Below, one piece after another: positions 15,432 through 24,410 of a stretch of DNA of 24,410 bases. Numbering within the stretch: position 1 is the stretch's first letter; each line of letters starts with the position of its first letter. The stretch is from positions 1-24,410 of IMG/VR virus record IMGVR_UViG_3300009108_000052, one strand, 5' to 3'. The notes beneath the pieces are model-generated. The model searched no databases. It was not told the origin of the DNA and saw nothing but the letters and a program-made list of their open reading frames with translations. Position numbers and translations under genes: made by a program. The DNA is from a virus. Its lineage: Duplodnaviria > Caudoviricetes.

Positions 15432-17111
15432 ATGAAGAATAAAGAAAATACCCAAGAGGGTGTATTCATTAGGCATGAATCTTGTGAAGCCTGTGGTTCT
15501 AGGGATAATAAAGCCGTGTACGACAATGGTGACAAGATGACCTATTTCTGTTTCGGATGTGAAGATACAGGAATTTATATGGAAAAAGGTCAGGAGTTAA
15601 AACCTACACCTAAAGAATTTCATGTGTCTATGGAAAGCGTTGATGACATAAAAGACTACCCAATTAGAGGGTTTCGTGAACGCAAAATTAAAAAAGAGAT
15701 ATCTGAACTTTACGATGTTAGAATCGGATATTCAGAGGATGACGGTAAGACCATTAGGTATCACTATTATCCTATAACCAGCAGAGGCAAGATAGTTGGT
15801 TACGAGAGAAGAGATCTTAGAGATAAAAAGTTTCTTGCCATAGGGTCTGTTAAGAATAAAGATGAATTCTTCGGACAATCTAAATTCGCCCCCGGTTCTT
15901 GTAAAAGAATTGTTGTTACAGAAGGTGCCCTAGATGCAATGTCTATCCAACAAGTTTGGAAAGATAAAGGTCAAGAGTGGGCGGCTGTTTCAATTATCAA
16001 CGGAGCCCAAGGGGCACATAAACAAGTTGTTTCAAATCTAGCTTACCTAAATTCTTTTGATGAGGTCGTATTTTTATTTGACCACGATGAAGCAGGATTA
16101 GATGGTGCAAAATCTTGTGCTAGATTAGTTAGAACAGGAAAAGCTAAGATTGGGGTTTTAGGAAGATATGGTAAAGACCCCTCTGATTATCTAGTTGCAG
16201 GTAAGACTTATGAACTAGAGAAATCAATATGGAATGCAGAGATGTACTCCCCTGCAGGTATTGTTAATTCTGCAGATACTTGGGAGTTATTCAATGAGGA
16301 TAGAAGAGAGGATTCTGTCCCATACCCTGATTGTTTTGCTAATGTAAATAAGATGACTTTTGGTCGTAGGACTGGTGAACTTACTATTTTCACAGCAGGT
16401 ACTGGTTCTGGCAAATCTACCTTCGTTAAGGAAGATATTTACCATTTAATAATGACCACTGACTACCAAATTGGCGTAGTGTCCCTTGAGGAGTCCATAC
16501 GGGAGACTTTAGATGGGATAGTAGGGGTACACCTAGATAAGAGAATAAACCTCCCAGATGTCATATTTGACCGCTCAGGGGAAGAAGGCTTAAATGCTTG
16601 GAAAGAGGTGGCTGGTACAGGTCGTCTCTTATTGTTAGACCATCAGGGGTCAGTAAGTGATTCATCCCTTATGGATAAGATAGAATTTATGGCGGCATCC
16701 GGTTGTAAATTTATATTCCTAGACCACATAACTATAGCAGTTAGTGAGGTTGACGGCAATGTAAATGAGGCTATGGATAAAGCAATGTCAGACCTTTTAA
16801 AGTTATGTAAAAAGCACAATGTTTGGATTGGAGTGGTCTCTCATTTAAGGAAGACAAGTGGGGGTAAAACTTTTGAAGAGGGTGCTTTTATAACTGAAGA
16901 TTCGCTGAAAGGCTCTGGAAGTTTGAAGCAGATAGCTTTTCAAATTATAGGATTTTCTAGAAATAAGTACTCGGAGGACGAGGCTGAGAGGCAGAGAGTT
17001 AGCATATCAGTATTGAAGAACAGGTTTACGGGACATACGGGACCTGCAGGAAATGCCAGATATGATAATGTCACAGGTCGCCTATACAGTACTCCCTCGG
17101 AGTTTGAATAG
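15432..17111 (+). CDS. DNA primase-helicase (T7 gp4-like)
   Basis: Zn finger CEAC...CFGC, TOPRIM EGALD and FDHD, Walker A GTGSGKST, LDH, SHLRK, LKGSGS, KNRFTG. Confidence 0.95.
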   Translation: MKNKENTQEGVFIRHESCEACGSRDNKAVYDNGDKMTYFCFGCEDTGIYMEKGQELKPTPKEFHVSMESVDDIKDYPIRGFRERKIKKEISELYDVRIGYSEDDGKTIRYHYYPITSRGKIVGYERRDLRDKKFLAIGSVKNKDEFFGQSKFAPGSCKRIVVTEGALDAMSIQQVWKDKGQEWAAVSIINGAQGAHKQVVSNLAYLNSFDEVVFLFDHDEAGLDGAKSCARLVRTGKAKIGVLGRYGKDPSDYLVAGKTYELEKSIWNAEMYSPAGIVNSADTWELFNEDRREDSVPYPDCFANVNKMTFGRRTGELTIFTAGTGSGKSTFVKEDIYHLIMTTDYQIGVVSLEESIRETLDGIVGVHLDKRINLPDVIFDRSGEEGLNAWKEVAGTGRLLLLDHQGSVSDSSLMDKIEFMAASGCKFIFLDHITIAVSEVDGNVNEAMDKAMSDLLKLCKKHNVWIGVVSHLRKTSGGKTFEEGAFITEDSLKGSGSLKQIAFQIIGFSRNKYSEDEAERQRVSISVLKNRFTGHTGPAGNARYDNVTGRLYSTPSEFE

Positions 17112-17120
17112 GAGTAGGGT

Positions 17121-19073
17121 ATGAGAAAAATAGTTTTTGATGTAGAGTCAAACGGTTTTGTCAATGAAGCTACTAAAGCATGGTGTATTTCTACTTACGA
17201 TATAATGAATAAGACTTCAGTTACTTTTTCAGATAATGATTCTAACTGCCCCTCTATATCTGAGGGTCTTAAATATATAGCTAAAGCTGATGAATTGATA
17301 GGTCACAATATCATTATGTACGACATACCTCTTTTAGAAAAACTCTTTAATTTTAAGACTGATGCAAGACTCATTGATACTTTTCTAATGAGTCAATTAT
17401 TAAATTTCAACAGATGTCTAGGTAGGTACAGAGGTAGGCATGGTTTGGAAATGTGGGGTGAACACTTTGGTGTTCTAAAACCTTCACAGAACCAATGGTT
17501 ACAATTTGAATCCTCTATGCTTGGAAGATGTGAGCAGGATGTTTTAATCAATGTCAGGGTTTTTCATGCTCTTCTTAATGAGTTTAAAAAATCTGGTATA
17601 TCTAAAGATGTCCTTAACCGGGAATTCAAAATAGCTAAGATAAGTGCAAAACAGATTAAGAATGGGTGGTTGGTAGATAAAGATCTCGCTGATAAGCATT
17701 TAACATTTTTAACTGAAGAGATTGACAAACTTAGAGATAAGATTGAGCCTCTGATGCCACCTATTTTAAAATGCCCTGATTTCTGGGTTACTAATGAAGA
17801 GTGTAACAAGATAATGAAGACCGAGGGTGTGGATTATGAAAAAGATTTGGTTGGTGGTAAGCAGTTAAGAAAACCAATAGTCCCTAAATGGACTAAGAAA
17901 GGAGAACTGCACCAACACATAAAGAATTGGTTTGATGGCTATGAATGTATAGACTTGATAAATAATAAGAAAGGTTTGGTCATAAATGGACCATACTGTA
18001 GAGTTGATATTACTCCTGCAAAGCTAACTCAGACTGCAGAGGTTAAGAAACTTTTGTTCAAAAATGGTTGGAAGCCAACTGAATGGAACACTAAAAGGAC
18101 TGAAGATGGGAGCGTGATTAGAACTTCTGCTAAACTAACAGAGGACTCATATGCATCCATCAAGGGTGACCTTGGTCAAGATATAGCACTTCACGCTATA
18201 TATCAACATAGAAGAAACACACTACAGAATCAGAAAAACAAATCTAAAGGTTGGTTAGGTGTCTGTAGAGATGATGATAGGTTAGAATGTGTCCCATTTA
18301 CTTTAGGGACTGCTACTGGAAGAATGTCTCACAGGAACCTAGTTAATGTTCCCGGTGCAAAAGCCGTGTTCGGTAAAGAGATGAGAAGTCTCTTTATAGC
18401 ACCTAAGGGTAAAGTACTAGTAGGTTGTGACTTAGCGTCAGCCCAGTTGAGACTACTGGCATCTGCTATGGAAGACCCTGATTATGTTGACATTGTTACC
18501 ACTGGTAGAGAAGAGGATGGCACTGATGTGCATACTGTTAATCAGAAAGCCGTGGGATTGAAAAACAGAAGTCAGGCTAAAACTTTCATATATGGATTTC
18601 TATTCGGTGCAAGTGCGGCAAAACTTGGGTCTATCATTGGAGGTAAATCAAAAGAAGGGGCTGTTCTTAAGACTAAGTTTTTAAAAAGATTCCCTCTTTT
18701 GAGAGAACTTCAGAATAGATTGATATCTGAATTCACTAGGTCTGGAAGTAAATTTATAATTGCTCAAGATGGAAGAAGGATTCAAGTAGACTCTGAACAT
18801 AAATTACTCAATTATCTACTACAAGGTAATGAGGCAATTTTAGCAAAGGAGTGGGCTATTGTATCTGATAGTCTTATTAGGAAGAACAATATAGATTGTA
18901 AACTATTAGCCATTATGCACGATGAGCAGAACTTTGAATGCAGTAAAGATGATGCAAATAAACTTGCCAAGATACTAGAGAGATCTGCGACAATTGCAGG
19001 TGAGAGACTTGGCTTTAAATGCCCAATGAATGGGAACTCAAAAATAGGAGAGACTTGGTATGACATCCATTAA
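17121..19073 (+). CDS. family A DNA polymerase (T7 gp5-like)
   Basis: Exo I FDVE, Exo II GHN...YD, TGRMSH, motif A DLASAQLR, motif B RSQAKTFIYG, motif C HDE. Confidence 0.95.
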   Translation: MRKIVFDVESNGFVNEATKAWCISTYDIMNKTSVTFSDNDSNCPSISEGLKYIAKADELIGHNIIMYDIPLLEKLFNFKTDARLIDTFLMSQLLNFNRCLGRYRGRHGLEMWGEHFGVLKPSQNQWLQFESSMLGRCEQDVLINVRVFHALLNEFKKSGISKDVLNREFKIAKISAKQIKNGWLVDKDLADKHLTFLTEEIDKLRDKIEPLMPPILKCPDFWVTNEECNKIMKTEGVDYEKDLVGGKQLRKPIVPKWTKKGELHQHIKNWFDGYECIDLINNKKGLVINGPYCRVDITPAKLTQTAEVKKLLFKNGWKPTEWNTKRTEDGSVIRTSAKLTEDSYASIKGDLGQDIALHAIYQHRRNTLQNQKNKSKGWLGVCRDDDRLECVPFTLGTATGRMSHRNLVNVPGAKAVFGKEMRSLFIAPKGKVLVGCDLASAQLRLLASAMEDPDYVDIVTTGREEDGTDVHTVNQKAVGLKNRSQAKTFIYGFLFGASAAKLGSIIGGKSKEGAVLKTKFLKRFPLLRELQNRLISEFTRSGSKFIIAQDGRRIQVDSEHKLLNYLLQGNEAILAKEWAIVSDSLIRKNNIDCKLLAIMHDEQNFECSKDDANKLAKILERSATIAGERLGFKCPMNGNSKIGETWYDIH

Positions 19074-19317
19074 CTATGAACTGTTACGGACTGAAAATAG
19101 ACTTTTAAAGTCTTGTATACAGGACAGTCTAGCAGAGGAAAATGAAAAGGGGAATGATGTTATGCAGTTAGCTGAAGCGTTATCAAAGTTCCACAGTTTG
19201 ATTGAAGAAGACCCTGAATACTACGAAGGTTTTAGAATGTATTCGGATGTTCACAAAAGATATTTTAATAGGCTTAAGGAATTAGGTCTACTATCAGAGA
19301 TGAATGATGAAGACTAA
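19060..19317 (+). CDS. hypothetical protein (85 aa)
   Basis: AGGAG SD, overlaps polymerase stop. Confidence 0.75.
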   Translation: MTSINYELLRTENRLLKSCIQDSLAEENEKGNDVMQLAEALSKFHSLIEEDPEYYEGFRMYSDVHKRYFNRLKELGLLSEMNDED

Positions 19318-19447
19318 AAAGCATCCTGTGATAAACAAACTAAAGTATGCATTAAGATATGATAGGTTATGGCATACTAAAGTAATACTTAATAAAAAGA
19401 AAGAACAAAAAAAGCGAGGAGATTATCTTGAAGACATTACCGAATGA
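19304..19447 (+). CDS. small basic protein (47 aa), ArfA-like segment
   Basis: Not in track; fills gap before RNR; ALRYDRLWHTKVILNKK. Confidence 0.55.
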   Translation: MMKTKKHPVINKLKYALRYDRLWHTKVILNKKKEQKKRGDYLEDITE

Positions 19448-21404
19448 CTACCAGAATTTTATAGCCCTTAGTAGATATGCTAGGTGGTTACCAGAAGAGA
19501 AGAGAAGAGAGACTTGGGAAGAAACTGTTGCTCGATACTTTGACTTCATGGAAGAGCATTTAAAAGAAAATACTAATGCAACACTAACCCCTAAGACTAG
19601 AAAAATACTGGAAAATGCGGTTTTGGACCTTGAGGTTATGCCTAGTATGAGAGCATTAATGACAGCAGGTGAAGCCTTAAAAGATAACAATATAGCAGGG
19701 TATAACTGTGCTTACCTCAGTGTAGACCATCCTAAAGCATTTGATGAATGTTTATATATACTTATGCATGGTACAGGTGTTGGTTTCTCGGTAGAGCGTC
19801 AACATGTCAATAAACTACCAGAGGTCCCGGAAGAGATATCTGATGTAGAGGACACTATTGTTGTTCGAGACTCTAAAGAGGGTTGGCAATCTGCATTTAG
19901 GAAATTAATTATATTCTTATACAACGGTGAGGCACCATTGTGGGATACATCAAAGGTAAGACCAAAGGGTGCTAGACTTAATACATTTGGAGGTAGAGCC
20001 AGTGGTCCTGAACCACTTATTGACTTATTTATGTTTACTGTGCAAATGTTTAAGGATGCAGTGGGTCGTAAATTAACATCTTATGAATGCCATAGGCTTA
20101 TGGCAAAGGTTGCAGAAATAGTTGTGGTCGGTGGGGTTAGACGTTCAGCACTTATTAGTTTATCTAATCTAACTGATGAGCGTATGCGTAATGCTAAGAC
20201 TGGACAATGGTGGATAGATACACCAGAAATGGCACTAGCGAACAACAGTGTATGCTATACAGAGAAACCTGATATGGGTATCTTTATGAAAGAGTGGCTG
20301 TCACTATATGAGTCAAAATCTGGTGAGCGTGGCATCTTCAATCGAGAAGCCGCTATTAAACAAGTAGAGAAGTCTGGAAGAAGAGATCCTAATCACCAGT
20401 TTGGATGTAACCCGTGTTCAGAGATTATACTTCGAGATGGGCAGTTCTGCAATCTTACTGAGGTTGTGATTAGAGCCACTGATACACAGAAGGATATACT
20501 AAGGAAAGTGAGATTAGCTACTATACTTGGTACATTTCAAGCATCGCTAACAAATCTCAGAAGACTTAGAAAGAAATGGACTATTAATACAGAAGAAGAG
20601 GCACTCTTAGGTGTCTCACTTACTGGTATTATGGATAATGAACTTATGAATGGTAGTAATAATAGAAGAGGTTCATCAGAATTGATTAGTGGGAGGTTAA
20701 GCTTACCAGACTTTCTTATTAAATTAAAGAAAGAGACAATTAAGATTAATAAGGAGTGGTCAGAATCATTAGGAATAAACCAATCTACAGCAATCACAGC
20801 AATAAAACCCAGTGGTACTGTATCTCAACTTGTGGATTCAGCGTCAGGTATTCATACCAGACATAATGATTTCTATTTACGCAGAGTAAGGGCAGATGTT
20901 AAAGACCCTATAGCACAGCTAATGAAAGATGAGGGTGTACCCTGTGAACCTGATATTATGAAACCTGATAGTGTGGAAGTATTTACATTCCCAATGAAGG
21001 CACCGGAGGGTTCAATATTGAGAAATGATAGGACAGCAATAGAACAATTAGAGCTATGGCTTACCTATCAAAGGTACTACTGCGAGCACAAGCCAAGTAT
21101 AACAGTGAATGTGAAAGAACACGAGTGGATGGAAGTAGGGGCTTGGGTGTACAAACATTTTAATGAAGTGAGTGGTGTAAGCTTCCTACCACACTCAGAC
21201 CATAGTTATCAACAGGCTCCATATGAGGACTGTACAGAGGAAGTCTATCTTGAGGCTCTTTCTGCCATGCCTGAGTCTGTAAACTGGTCTAGGATAGAAG
21301 AATATGAACTCTCAGACACTACAATAAGTATGAAAACTATGGCATGTACTGGGAGTGTGTGCGAAATGGTAGATTTAACTGAAGAAGAAAGGGAAATAGA
21401 ATGA
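19428..21404 (+). CDS. nrdJ: class II (adenosylcobalamin-dependent) ribonucleotide reductase
   Basis: PSMR, YNC, GTGVGF, NPCSE, CNLTE, KPSGTVSQL, C-terminal CTGSVC; no beta subunit nearby; TTG start after GAGGAG. Confidence 0.9.
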   Translation: MKTLPNDYQNFIALSRYARWLPEEKRRETWEETVARYFDFMEEHLKENTNATLTPKTRKILENAVLDLEVMPSMRALMTAGEALKDNNIAGYNCAYLSVDHPKAFDECLYILMHGTGVGFSVERQHVNKLPEVPEEISDVEDTIVVRDSKEGWQSAFRKLIIFLYNGEAPLWDTSKVRPKGARLNTFGGRASGPEPLIDLFMFTVQMFKDAVGRKLTSYECHRLMAKVAEIVVVGGVRRSALISLSNLTDERMRNAKTGQWWIDTPEMALANNSVCYTEKPDMGIFMKEWLSLYESKSGERGIFNREAAIKQVEKSGRRDPNHQFGCNPCSEIILRDGQFCNLTEVVIRATDTQKDILRKVRLATILGTFQASLTNLRRLRKKWTINTEEEALLGVSLTGIMDNELMNGSNNRRGSSELISGRLSLPDFLIKLKKETIKINKEWSESLGINQSTAITAIKPSGTVSQLVDSASGIHTRHNDFYLRRVRADVKDPIAQLMKDEGVPCEPDIMKPDSVEVFTFPMKAPEGSILRNDRTAIEQLELWLTYQRYYCEHKPSITVNVKEHEWMEVGAWVYKHFNEVSGVSFLPHSDHSYQQAPYEDCTEEVYLEALSAMPESVNWSRIEEYELSDTTISMKTMACTGSVCEMVDLTEEEREIE

Positions 21405-21562
21405 AAACAGTAGCAGTAATAATTGTATTACAACTCATAGTAACCCTACTAACAGGGTGTACTCAGTTTGAAACTAAGATAGAGGAGATGAGAAATCAAC
21501 AATTATCTTGTTCACCAGAGGATTCGGAAATGTGCGTGGGGTGGGAAGTTGGAGAATTCTAA
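21401..21562 (+). CDS. small lipoprotein (53 aa)
   Basis: Not in track; MK plus hydrophobic stretch plus LTGC lipobox; ATGA overlap with nrdJ. Confidence 0.7.
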   Translation: MKTVAVIIVLQLIVTLLTGCTQFETKIEEMRNQQLSCSPEDSEMCVGWEVGEF

Positions 21563-21956
21563 TAATATAGAGTGTAAGAAGTGTGAGGAGTTAAAGGACT
21601 CCTCCCAGTTTAGCAAGGGTCAGGTAGAAAATCCTAATAGGATTTGCAAATCTTGTAGAAGTGAACTAAACAAGAATTGGAAAGAATCTAATCCCGGCTA
21701 TATGGATAAGTGGAGGTACAACCTTTCTGTTGAGGAAAAAGAAAAAATTAGTGAGGAACAAGGGGGTACTTGTGCCAATGAGAATTGCCAGTATGGTTTA
21801 GACGATGATCATAAGTTGTATGTTGACCATTGTCATGAAACTGGTAAGGTCAGGGGTCTATTGTGTCATCATTGTAATACCGCACTTGGACTTCTCATGG
21901 AGAGTCCTGAGAAAATATCAGGTCTCATGTACTATGCAAAGAGGCATATTACTTAA
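21549..21956 (+). CDS. endonuclease VII-like His-Me finger nuclease, possible homing endonuclease
   Basis: VDHCHETGKVRGLLCHHCNTALG; N-terminal CKKC..CKSC. Confidence 0.88.
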   Translation: MENSNNIECKKCEELKDSSQFSKGQVENPNRICKSCRSELNKNWKESNPGYMDKWRYNLSVEEKEKISEEQGGTCANENCQYGLDDDHKLYVDHCHETGKVRGLLCHHCNTALGLLMESPEKISGLMYYAKRHIT

Positions 21957-21980
21957 TTTTTAACAATATAGGAGTTATAA

Positions 21981-22223
21981 ATGTTAGAGAAAATCAAAAA
22001 CGCAGCTGATGGTGCGATTGATGTTGGAATCAAACTAATCAGTTTGTCTATTGTGCTTCAAATTATTTTCGGTAGTAAGGTAGCATTCCTTACTGGGGAT
22101 GTTATTGCATCTATACTGAATATAGTTTGGACTCTCGGCAACGCTGGGTTGGCAGGTTTAATTGCGGCAGGTATTATCTGGAAACTACTAGATAAAGATA
22201 TAACGAGTGAACTATCTAAGTAG
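21981..22223 (+). CDS. small membrane protein (about two hydrophobic helices)
   Basis: AGGAG SD; hydrophobic segments. Confidence 0.8.
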   Translation: MLEKIKNAADGAIDVGIKLISLSIVLQIIFGSKVAFLTGDVIASILNIVWTLGNAGLAGLIAAGIIWKLLDKDITSELSK

Positions 22224-22233
22224 GGGTATATAC

Positions 22234-22347
22234 ATGGACCAATTAACAGACCTAGCAAAAAAAGTGTTAGAAAATAAATCATTAACTATCTTTTTGGGCA
22301 TAGTCGTTCTAGCTTTGCTATTTGGATGGATTGGTGGTGGAGCGTAA
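22234..22347 (+). CDS. small membrane peptide (37 aa)
   Basis: Not in track; AGGGG SD; MDQLTDLAKKVLENKSLTIFLGIVVLALLFGWIGGGA. Confidence 0.6.
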   Translation: MDQLTDLAKKVLENKSLTIFLGIVVLALLFGWIGGGA

Positions 22348-22465
22348 GGCTCCTGAAAAAAAAGAGCCCGGTGGTCTTATTAAGAAAGATAGGACTGCCG
22401 AACTCTACAGGAGATTAAATAAAAAGAAATCAAGACCACTTTGGAAAAGTGATTGGAGAAAATAG
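22337..22465 (+). CDS. possible small basic protein (42 aa)
   Basis: Not in track; GTG start, fills the gap between neighbours. Confidence 0.4.
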   Translation: MERKAPEKKEPGGLIKKDRTAELYRRLNKKKSRPLWKSDWRK

Positions 22466-22472
22466 GAGGTTT

Positions 22473-22688
22473 ATGTCTAATTTATCAAAAAGTGATATAG
22501 AGAAGGCTTTTACACCAAAAGATGAGTGTTCAATATGTGGTAGTGAGTACGATGAAGAAGCAGGAGGAGTTCAAGGATATTTTGGTATATGCCCTGTTAC
22601 TTTTTGTGAATGGTGCTACTCCTCTTTAGTAGACATGGTGTCACAGCATCTAGGAATAGATGACGACTACTATGAAAGGAATGGGTAG
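22473..22688 (+). CDS. small zinc-finger protein
   Basis: Track start 22449; ATG 22473 after AGGAGG; CSIC...CEWC. Confidence 0.78.
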   Translation: MSNLSKSDIEKAFTPKDECSICGSEYDEEAGGVQGYFGICPVTFCEWCYSSLVDMVSQHLGIDDDYYERNG

Positions 22689-22691
22689 ACT

Positions 22692-23141
22692 ATGGGATAT
22701 AAACCTAATAACAGCTGGAAAAATAAGATAAGAAAAGCAGATTCTAAATGGGAGGGTGAGCTAAGGGACGGCATTCTATCGTCTTGTGAATATCATCCTG
22801 AGAAAATACCATATACTGTTGATCATCATTATCACCCAGATTTCAAGATAGGTGATATTTTGGTTGAGGCTAAAGGTAGATTCGTAGACTCTGCTGAGGC
22901 TCGTAAGTATCTCTTTATAAGGGATGCTCTACCATTTGGTACTGAATTGGTTTTCCTCTTTTATAACTACAAAACACCTATGCCAAGGGCAAAAGTTAGA
23001 AAAGATGGGACTAGACGTACACATGGTGAGTGGGCATCTAAGAATGGTTTTAGATGGTTTACGGAGAGTACTATAACTAAAATTTTAAAGAGAGGTAATT
23101 ATGGAAGAAATAATGGCGAAGGTAACGATACAGACAACTGA
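22692..23141 (+). CDS. T7 endonuclease I-like Holliday junction resolvase
   Basis: SKWE, YHPDF, VEAKGRF (PD-(D/E)xK), T..EWA.K.GF.W. Confidence 0.88.
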   Translation: MGYKPNNSWKNKIRKADSKWEGELRDGILSSCEYHPEKIPYTVDHHYHPDFKIGDILVEAKGRFVDSAEARKYLFIRDALPFGTELVFLFYNYKTPMPRAKVRKDGTRRTHGEWASKNGFRWFTESTITKILKRGNYGRNNGEGNDTDN

Positions 23142-23316
23142 TGTTAGTTCGCCAGTTGTTAATACTACTATCTATGAGATAGAAGATATCCCTTTAGAAG
23201 AGAAAGAACTTAGAAATCTTCTAGGTTTCCTAATAGAAGCCAAGAATGGTCCTTTCCCTTCAGAGGAAAAGAAAGAGGATAAACCTCTTGAAATTGTAAC
23301 TGACGACAAGTCGTAG
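23101..23316 (+). CDS. hypothetical protein (71 aa)
   Basis: GAGG SD; last gene before convergent terminator. Confidence 0.7.
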   Translation: MEEIMAKVTIQTTDVSSPVVNTTIYEIEDIPLEEKELRNLLGFLIEAKNGPFPSEEKKEDKPLEIVTDDKS

Positions 23317-23369
23317 AAAAATTAAGGTCACAAATTGGACAATTAATGTCTTTTTGTGACCTTTTTTTT
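23317..23369. terminator. likely bidirectional intrinsic terminator at convergence point
   Basis: AAGGTCACAAA (23324-23334)/TTTGTGACCTT (23353-23363), T-tract on +, A-tract upstream. Confidence 0.75.
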
Positions 23370-23378
23370 CGCTTGAGC

Positions 23379-23612
23379 TTAGTAGCCTCTAGCTCTTCGG
23401 ATATCAGCTAAAGTCTGTTGTGCCTGATTTCTTAAAGCATTACATTCTTTAACAGGTGTCCCTGCCTTAAGATTTTCTTTATACTCGTTGTTAATCATCC
23501 AAGTATTACACTTATTTGTCCCTGCATATTTCTCTGGACCACCATGCTCTCTTAAAAGCTCCAAGTCTGTTATGCCCATATGGGACAGTATATTATGATC
23601 TTTATATGGCAT
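23379..23612 (-). CDS. hypothetical protein (77 aa)
   Basis: GGAGG SD on - strand within the end of the upstream gene. Confidence 0.78.
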   Translation of the reverse strand: MPYKDHNILSHMGITDLELLREHGGPEKYAGTNKCNTWMINNEYKENLKAGTPVKECNALRNQAQQTLADIRRARGY

Positions 23613-23613
23613 T

Positions 23614-24410
23614 TTAGCCTCCCATTAATACTTCATTTAAACTACTATAACCTGCTGGGGGTTTTAAATCACCCTCAGTTTTTGTACCCAATGCACCATC
23701 TTTATAAGATTTAATACCTCTAGCTATCTCCCTTTTATTTGGATTAAGCATTCTCTCGTTTACTCTTTCTACGACTTCATTGAATGGTATACCAGTTGCT
23801 TTTGCTACTCCTTCTATCAACTCTTTCCTTAGATTATAACCATTATGCATTTCAATGAATACTTTACCAGCTATCTCTTTAGTCTTTCTAACATCTGGAG
23901 CCATGATAAAGAAAGCATCATGAACTACATATACAGGTACCCCTGCCTCGTTTAGTGCAATAACTAATTTAGTTAAATACCCAGCATCTACCATATGAAC
24001 TGCATTAGGGGATAAAGCTGAAGCCATACTCTTCATAGAGTCAGTTACAAATGGTTCTTCGTGTACCATTTTATTCTCTACTGCCCACACTCCTAAATCC
24101 GCAGAACTAATCCCTTTTCTAATAGCCGCTGGTGTTGATGCCATTCTTATAGCCAATGGATCAGTAGGTGCAATTGGAATTTCACTTGTTAATGTAATGT
24201 CTTTTTTCGCATAAGCTTCTTTCTTTTTCCCACTTTTAGTTAAACCTTTTGATTGTTTAATTTGAGGAAAATCTGGAAGTAAATTTACCTTTACTCTTTC
24301 CCGTGATACTTCAAACTGAGTTGCATATATTGTAAAATCAGTTTGATGACCAGAAGGTGATTTTACTAAAAGTGCTTTTCTAGGAGTACCTGATAATGGT
24401 GCTTCATTGT
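23614..24410 (-). CDS. C-terminal part of a second, divergent T7-family RNA polymerase (5' end outside window; possible virion RNAP)
   Basis: Frame stays open from 23614 to window end; LLVKSPSG, SALSPNAVHMVDA and VYVVHDAF match T7 WVTPDG, SGIAPNFVHSQD and IHDSF. Confidence 0.8.
   Translation of the reverse strand, partial: NEAPLSGTPRKALLVKSPSGHQTDFTIYATQFEVSRERVKVNLLPDFPQIKQSKGLTKSGKKKEAYAKKDITLTSEIPIAPTDPLAIRMASTPAAIRKGISSADLGVWAVENKMVHEEPFVTDSMKSMASALSPNAVHMVDAGYLTKLVIALNEAGVPVYVVHDAFFIMAPDVRKTKEIAGKVFIEMHNGYNLRKELIEGVAKATGIPFNEVVERVNERMLNPNKREIARGIKSYKDGALGTKTEGDLKPPAGYSSLNEVLMGG

Noticed and set aside
19059-19070. TATGACATC as a fourth phage promoter copy (also partial matches near 1385 and 8281)
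   Set aside because: Only part of the core matches, the flanks do not fit the consensus, and coding constraints explain it
2170-22282. Short - strand ORFs in the track (e.g. 2170, 2670, 3363, 4521, 7624, 10147, 10603, 14004, 17564, 20537, 22058)
   Set aside because: Mostly antisense shadows of well-supported + strand genes, with no recognisable motifs

Overview
AT-rich window from a lytic-type dsDNA phage with a T7-like replication module. Positions 1-9790 are an early/accessory region of more than 35 small + strand ORFs. Its first 4.7 kb are punctuated by seven copies (plus one variant) of a conserved imperfect hairpin sitting between stop codons and Shine-Dalgarno (SD) sites, and it holds two highly structured intergenic regions (about 2818-3100 and 6660-7180) that look like ncRNAs. 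Next come a phage ClpX, a single-subunit T7-family RNA polymerase, DUF3310, a 5'-3' exonuclease, SSB, primase-helicase, family A DNA polymerase, class II ribonucleotide reductase, an endonuclease VII-like nuclease and a T7 endonuclease I-like resolvase. After a convergent terminator, the - strand carries the C-terminal part of a second, divergent T7-family RNA polymerase that runs off the window end. A three-copy 22-bp motif resembling SP6/T7 promoters and a separate two-copy 22-bp motif suggest a layered expression system: host sigma70, two phage RNAPs and repeated RNA hairpin punctuation. All protein calls come from motif recognition by eye, with no database searches, and the host cannot be determined.
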